DNA of 64,000 nucleotides. Origin: Pavona decussata (taxonomy: Eukaryota). The notes under the pieces are model-generated. The model had not been told where the DNA came from. It made no database searches and saw nothing but the letters and a program-made list of their open reading frames with translations. The translations under genes and the position numbers were made by a program. The stretch spans positions 2,852,001 through 2,916,000 of the forward strand of contig CDRNST010000214.1 of assembly GCA_977016875.1 (NCBI GenBank). The letters are read 5' to 3'. Below, piece after piece: positions 54,601 to 60,801 of this stretch (position 1 is the stretch's first letter; every line of letters starts with the position of its first letter).

Positions 54601-57600
54601 GTTCGGTTAAGATCGCCAGGTGAGCCCCTCCGTAAATCTGAAGCTCCTCAAAGTGAAAGTCGTGAGTACCGTTTGCAAAATGATGGCTTCCCGATTCCGG
54701 CAATATCCACGCTCGACAGCCGTCTTGTGAAAGATCGGAATAGTCAGATATTCTTGTTTTCAGCGGGTGTTGGCCACCATTGTCAACTAACAGTGTTCTA
54801 TGGGTGTGAACTAGGTGATATAGGAATGCTGTCCCGGGACCTCCTGCCTCAGTGTTGGATGCACCGCCCTTGGCACCTCCTCTTGACTGGAAGGACCCTG
54901 TGTAGGTGGTGTTTTCAGTGAAGTACACAGCGATCCTTCCACCAGCCCCTCCCCCAGAGTCACTACCACCGGCACCGCCATTTACTGTGATACTTCCAGT
55001 TCCTTAAAAAAAAAAAAACAACAACAACAAAAGAATTGGTTGACAAAGCACACGAGGGTACGAAACCCTCTCCAAGAAACAATAATAAATCTCAGATATA
55101 AACCGTACATTATTATTTACCTCTAACCACACAATCGTAAAACCATATTCCAAGGTACTCAAAAATTTAGGTCATTCAAAGTAAGACCAAACAACTGTAA
55201 TCAAAATACAAGAGACTGATGACATCCCTACTACTGAAAACCCACAAGATCTTCTTTTTAATGAACTGGAGAAAACAATTCTCGAAGGCAGAATTCCGAC
55301 TAAAAGATTCTTATTATGAATTACTCAATAAGGAATACTATTTCCTAGTTTAAAAGAGAATGCTGATAAGAGATATCAGAGCATAGTTTATGACCATCTA
55401 CAAGCAATATCTCAAACGGAATATAAATCCTAGAACTGTAGTTCGAAAAGAAGTTAGGTCACTACTAAAAAACGGAGCAACGAAGCACCTATCACTGTGA
55501 AAGATGCAATGGATGTTGTGTCACTAGTACTATTGACACAAATGATGGATCAGAGAATGCACTCTGCAGTGGATGGTATGACTTGCTCTCATCTGGCCTC
55601 CTAGCTCAGTCGCGGTTGATCAAATCCGAAGATCGTGGGTTCGATTCCCGCCGAAGTCAAACATTGTTTCGTTGGCTCGTGCGGTCTCCTATTTCCTTAC
55701 TAGGGCTAACGCTCAATAGGAAATTCATGGGGTGCACTTAAGCACTTAAACATACACTGCAGAGTTAGTTTTCTGTTCCATTACCTATTACTGTATTACT
55801 TGCAAGAAAAGCGTTCGTTGATCCCTTGCTAAATTGAAAATAAATCTCGGATCTAAATATATTTAAATCCTCTACCTTTCATCCTGTAGCAGTGCATCCA
55901 GATACTGCCTCCACTTCCCCCTCCACTTACAGAATCCCCGCCTGGGTCTCCATCAGCTGTCACCTGTCCGTCAATTTGAATGACATTCGTGACATTGAAC
56001 CAAATCACTCCACCTCCTCTTCCAGATTTCCGCCCCCCACCGGAACTTCCGAATCGGAGGGGTTCGTAGAGATCTCCATATGCAGCTCCGACTACTGCGG
56101 CATGTGTTCCTCGTCCACCTCTTCCACCGTAGCCAGCGCCGGAGGAACCGTAAATGTGTGATGAACCGACACCTAGATTGATGATCCCATGGAGGCCAGA
56201 ACCTTGAGGGTGAGTTCTATGCAACAAAATAAGATAAAAATGAGTAGAAAAAAGCACAAGGGGAGACCCTCACAAAGTCCCTTGGTTAACAAATGTAAAA
56301 ACACAGAATCAAACATTACTACGTAGTCAAACATTTAGGCAAGCCTGTGTTGAGTTTAACCATTAAAAGGAAAGCTGCTGAACAGCACGTTCCTATTTCT
56401 CACGCTATGCAATGCGTTTGGATGATTTTCCCATGTGTGATCATTCAAGTGTAAGCTATTGAGCGAACTTTCTAGTGTTTCCAGTGGGATAATTTCTTAG
56501 AGCAAGCGAATTAACAACAAACATCAGTAAACTACCTGTTGTAACCCTGTCCATTAGCCGTCATCAGCCCACCATCATCAATCGTGATATTCTCTCCAAG
56601 AACAGTCATCCTTGTGCCATGGAACAGTCCACCTCCTTCAATAAAGAACGCCCTGGCAATAATCGTGATTCCAGGGTGAATAATTGGAGAAGTAAAAGCA
56701 CGCATAACGCCATCGTCCTGTACTCTCACGGTGTCGAACTCGAAAGAGCTGTTCGTTTGATTGGCTGTCCTTCCCCCGTGGTACATCCAAAACTCTCCGC
56801 GGTGATGGAGCGTCATGTTTTGAATGTGGTCAACCGCGCCGGAAATGTACAATGTCACGCCGTGCACTTCCGTGTACGGCGCCAGACCAAGATAACCACC
56901 AGCATACACGTGCACGCTGAAGGGAACGTCTATTTCCGGTCGGTGCAAATCCATGACTTGATTTTCGGAAACGTGAAGAGTTCCGGTGCGATCTCCGATC
57001 ATGTGCCGGAAGAATAACGACGCATTCCGACCAACGGGCTCAGTTAGCAGCGCTAAATGACCGCCTCCGTAAACCTGAAGTTCTTCAAAACGAAAATCGC
57101 GGCCCTTCCCGGCAAAATCATGATTTGCCGATTGCGGTAGGATCCAAGCACGGCAGCCATCGCTGGTTAAGTCATTGTAGTCTGCTATCGCTGATACAAG
57201 CGGCTTCTGTCCTCCGTTATGGATGAGTAATGTACGATGCGTGTGGACCATATGATAAAGGAACACGGTACCCGGTCCTCCGGCCTCAGCCTTACACAGA
57301 TCCTCTCTACCAATTTGGCATCCAAGGGCCGCTCCACCTCGCGCCTCATACACAAAGTACGTTGACGTCTCGTTCACCTGGAAATAAATTGCAATCCTCC
57401 CTCCCGCTCCCCCTCCCCCTGGGGATCCACTGTGCGTGGAACCAGCTCCTCCGTTAGCAGCTATCCTTCCATAGCCCTTGATCCTCTTACAGTACATCCA
57501 GATGCTTCCACCGCTGCCACCACCACTTCCGGTCAATGCAGCTGCATCTTCACCATTGGCCGATACCAACCCATCAACGTCAATCAATCCAGTCACGTTC

Positions 57601-60600
57601 ATCCACAACATACCTCCACCGTTACCGCCTCGAGAACTACCTGATCCTTTGCCACCAGCGCTACCAAATATATAAGGCTCGTACAAATCTCCGTAGGCAA
57701 ACCCAGTTTTGGTGGTACCTCCTGTCAAACTTCCCCGTCCTCCGCTCCCACCATGTCCGGCTCCTGATGCCCCGTTAGCATCAATCCCGTGGCCAGGATT
57801 GATTGGCCCATGAGTACCATTGCCTTGGTAACCATGTGACGTATTGTACCCCAGACCATCCGCAATCAAGGATCCACCAGCGTCGATTGTAATGTTTTCC
57901 GTGACAAATGTGAGGCGTGAGCCTCGAATCAGCCCTCCTCCTTCAATAAACACCGCGCGAGTCGTGAAGACAAGGTCGGGGTCATTGATTGGTGACGTGA
58001 CGCAATGAATGGTACCAGTGTCTTGGACTCGAATGGTATCAAACTCATACTGGTTTTCTCCTAGACGTTTATCTGTTCTCCCTCCATGATTAAGCCACAG
58101 ATTGCCGCCATGGTGTATCGTCATATTCTGGATGTAAGCAAGGACACCCCGAACAATAATTTCAACTCCATGGATTTGTGTGTAGGGAGCGAGGCCAAGA
58201 AAACCTCCGCTGTAGATTTGGGCACTGAAGGGCATGTCGATCTCAGGCCTCTTCAAATCCATGACTTGTTTATCTCCAATATGAATCATTCCGCTCCTAT
58301 CCCCGATCATGTGTCTAAAGAACAACGAAACGTTTCTCGTGTCGTTTCCCGCGAGAGGCCAGATACCCAGGTGAGCCTTGTTGTAAATCTGTAACTCTTC
58401 GAAATGAAAATTGTGTTTGTGATCAGCAAAATGATGGATTCCTGATTCGGGCATTATCCACGCCTTGCAACCTTTGAGAAGGAAAAGAAAATGATTTAGT
58501 CATAACTTGGCCCAATACATTGAACAAAACCAGGCCTGTAATATTTCACAGGTTTACAACCATCGCCATCACATCTTTTGAAAGATTATTTGATTTTACT
58601 ATTTCATCTGACGAGTTTTCCTTGATATCATTGCGGTGATGGGCCAAAAGGTGAGCTGCAAAAGGCTACAAATGGCCAGTTATTTTATTAACACAATGTA
58701 AAGACCCTTTTAAACGGTTTTAACATTTGTCCAACATTCGTTCAACGAAAGTTGAAGGGATGTTGGGCAAATGTTGCATGAACGGAGTGTTCAAACGGTT
58801 TCAAGGTCATTCAACATTTTCAAGAACAAAGGAAATGTTGAATCGATGTTGAATGACAGTTTAAACCAATTTAAATTTGATTCAATACGCTTTGAACAAG
58901 CTTTCAACATTTCTTTACGCTTTCAACAATGTTGGACGACCTGTTCAAACGCCCCCGACATTTGGTTCAACAACTGTGTTGAATGCATGTTGAAGCAAAT
59001 GTTGAAACAGTTTAAACGGGCCTTAAAGGTTTCTGGCACGGATGGTTAAGATGTAAATGGATTCCAACTTAAACAAATTGGGCCAACGATGACAAATTCT
59101 TCAATATTGTATTTTTGATAAAAATTGGAAATAATCGTCTTAATTATTTCGTAAGTCTAATTTATAATTAAGTTGATGTGATATCTCACGATTATGCCAA
59201 ATGTTTGACCAAAATACCATCGAAAATGTTTACGACATTACCCCTTCAAACCAAAATTTGAAAACCTTCTGCAGTCTCGAGCTTGAGAATGAAACTACAA
59301 GGGTTAAAAGAACTGATGTTTTACCTTCTTCGTCTAATTTTGCGTAGTTTATGTGCTTATTTAGTGGTTTGCCCCCATTGTTATCAAGAAGCAATGTACG
59401 ATGAGTATGCACCAGGTGGTATAGGAAAGCTGTACCAGGCCCTCCATTCTCCACGTTTTGTAGTCCTGTCTTCGCTTTTCCTCCGTGAGCTTGGTAACTA
59501 GACAGAAAAAAGAAAACACTACATTAAAACGAAGGGCGTCCAATTGAAAATTGAAATGGGCATAAGAGGGGAGATCACGAAAACATTTCCATGAAAACGG
59601 CCAGAGGATCCCAAAGGTAACGGAGGATAAGAACGCCTACAGTGTAACGCACATGTAGTCGATAGTCGACGATAGTCGATTTCAAGAAAACTACAAAAAT
59701 GATTTAATTAGAAGTGGTTACGTTCTTGCACGGAAATATTAGATAATGGCGTGATATATCAATTACTTAGTCTATCAACTGTGAGATTTTAAGTCGATTA
59801 ACCGACAGCTACTTACGCCGTTAGTTATTGGCCTAAAATGTAACAGTTGCACCCCACCCCTGTAATTATTGTCCCGGATATCAATTAGCCCACACGCTGT
59901 TGATGGACAAATCTACGGTTAGCCTATGAAATTAGTCCGTGGAAAACCATATCAAATTCACTCCTGCGTCACGCCAGTTGAGCACCCTTAACGTTAGTCA
60001 TAGGATCGATTTCCAGCCGATGTCCGGTGAAGCGAGCCTGTGCTCCCGCCTCTTCCTGGGGAGAGAGTCCCGGACTCGAAAGAGCGGCGAAATCGAGCCT
60101 ACTTTAGTCTAGGCTTCAATTATGGCGGATCTGTGGGTGTTAAGTGAAATCAGTATCAATTTTAGTAATGTCACCTGAAGTATGAGAAAGTGTCGTTCTT
60201 TCTAAAGTAGACAGCAATTCTTCCCCCTGCGCCCCCTCCCCCATGATAATAATATGGATGTGACGTATCCTCGGGAGACGAGCCGCCATTTGCAGTGATC
60301 TTTCCATAGCCTTTGATGATGTAGCAGTGTACCCAGACGCTACCGCCACTGCCCCCTCCCCCCTGGGGAAGGGAGTCAGCACCGTCCGCCGAGAGGGCTC
60401 CGTCAATTTCCAGAAGATTAGTGACGTTCAAGAAGATTGTTCCACCTCCGGCACCTAAAAGAGATTTCAAGCGCAATCGGTTTAAGTCTAAATTTCGTGA
60501 AAGAAATGGCCGATTTGTCTGGGCTTGTCTCGGGAAAATTAAATTCTTTCGTTAAGCGATCGCCTTGAATTGCGCAGTAGCAAATGTTAAGTAAACTCTA

Positions 60601-60746
60601 TGAATACAAAAAATGTCATGTCGGTATTTATCATGAGCGATTTTAGGCTACAAACTTCTAAATACAGAAGACAACGCGACGCGGCAGGATAAACCGATAT
60701 TTCAGTTTAATGGTCAATTTTAACGAGCAATAACGTTCCGAGCATA

Positions 60747-60801
<55 letters not shown>

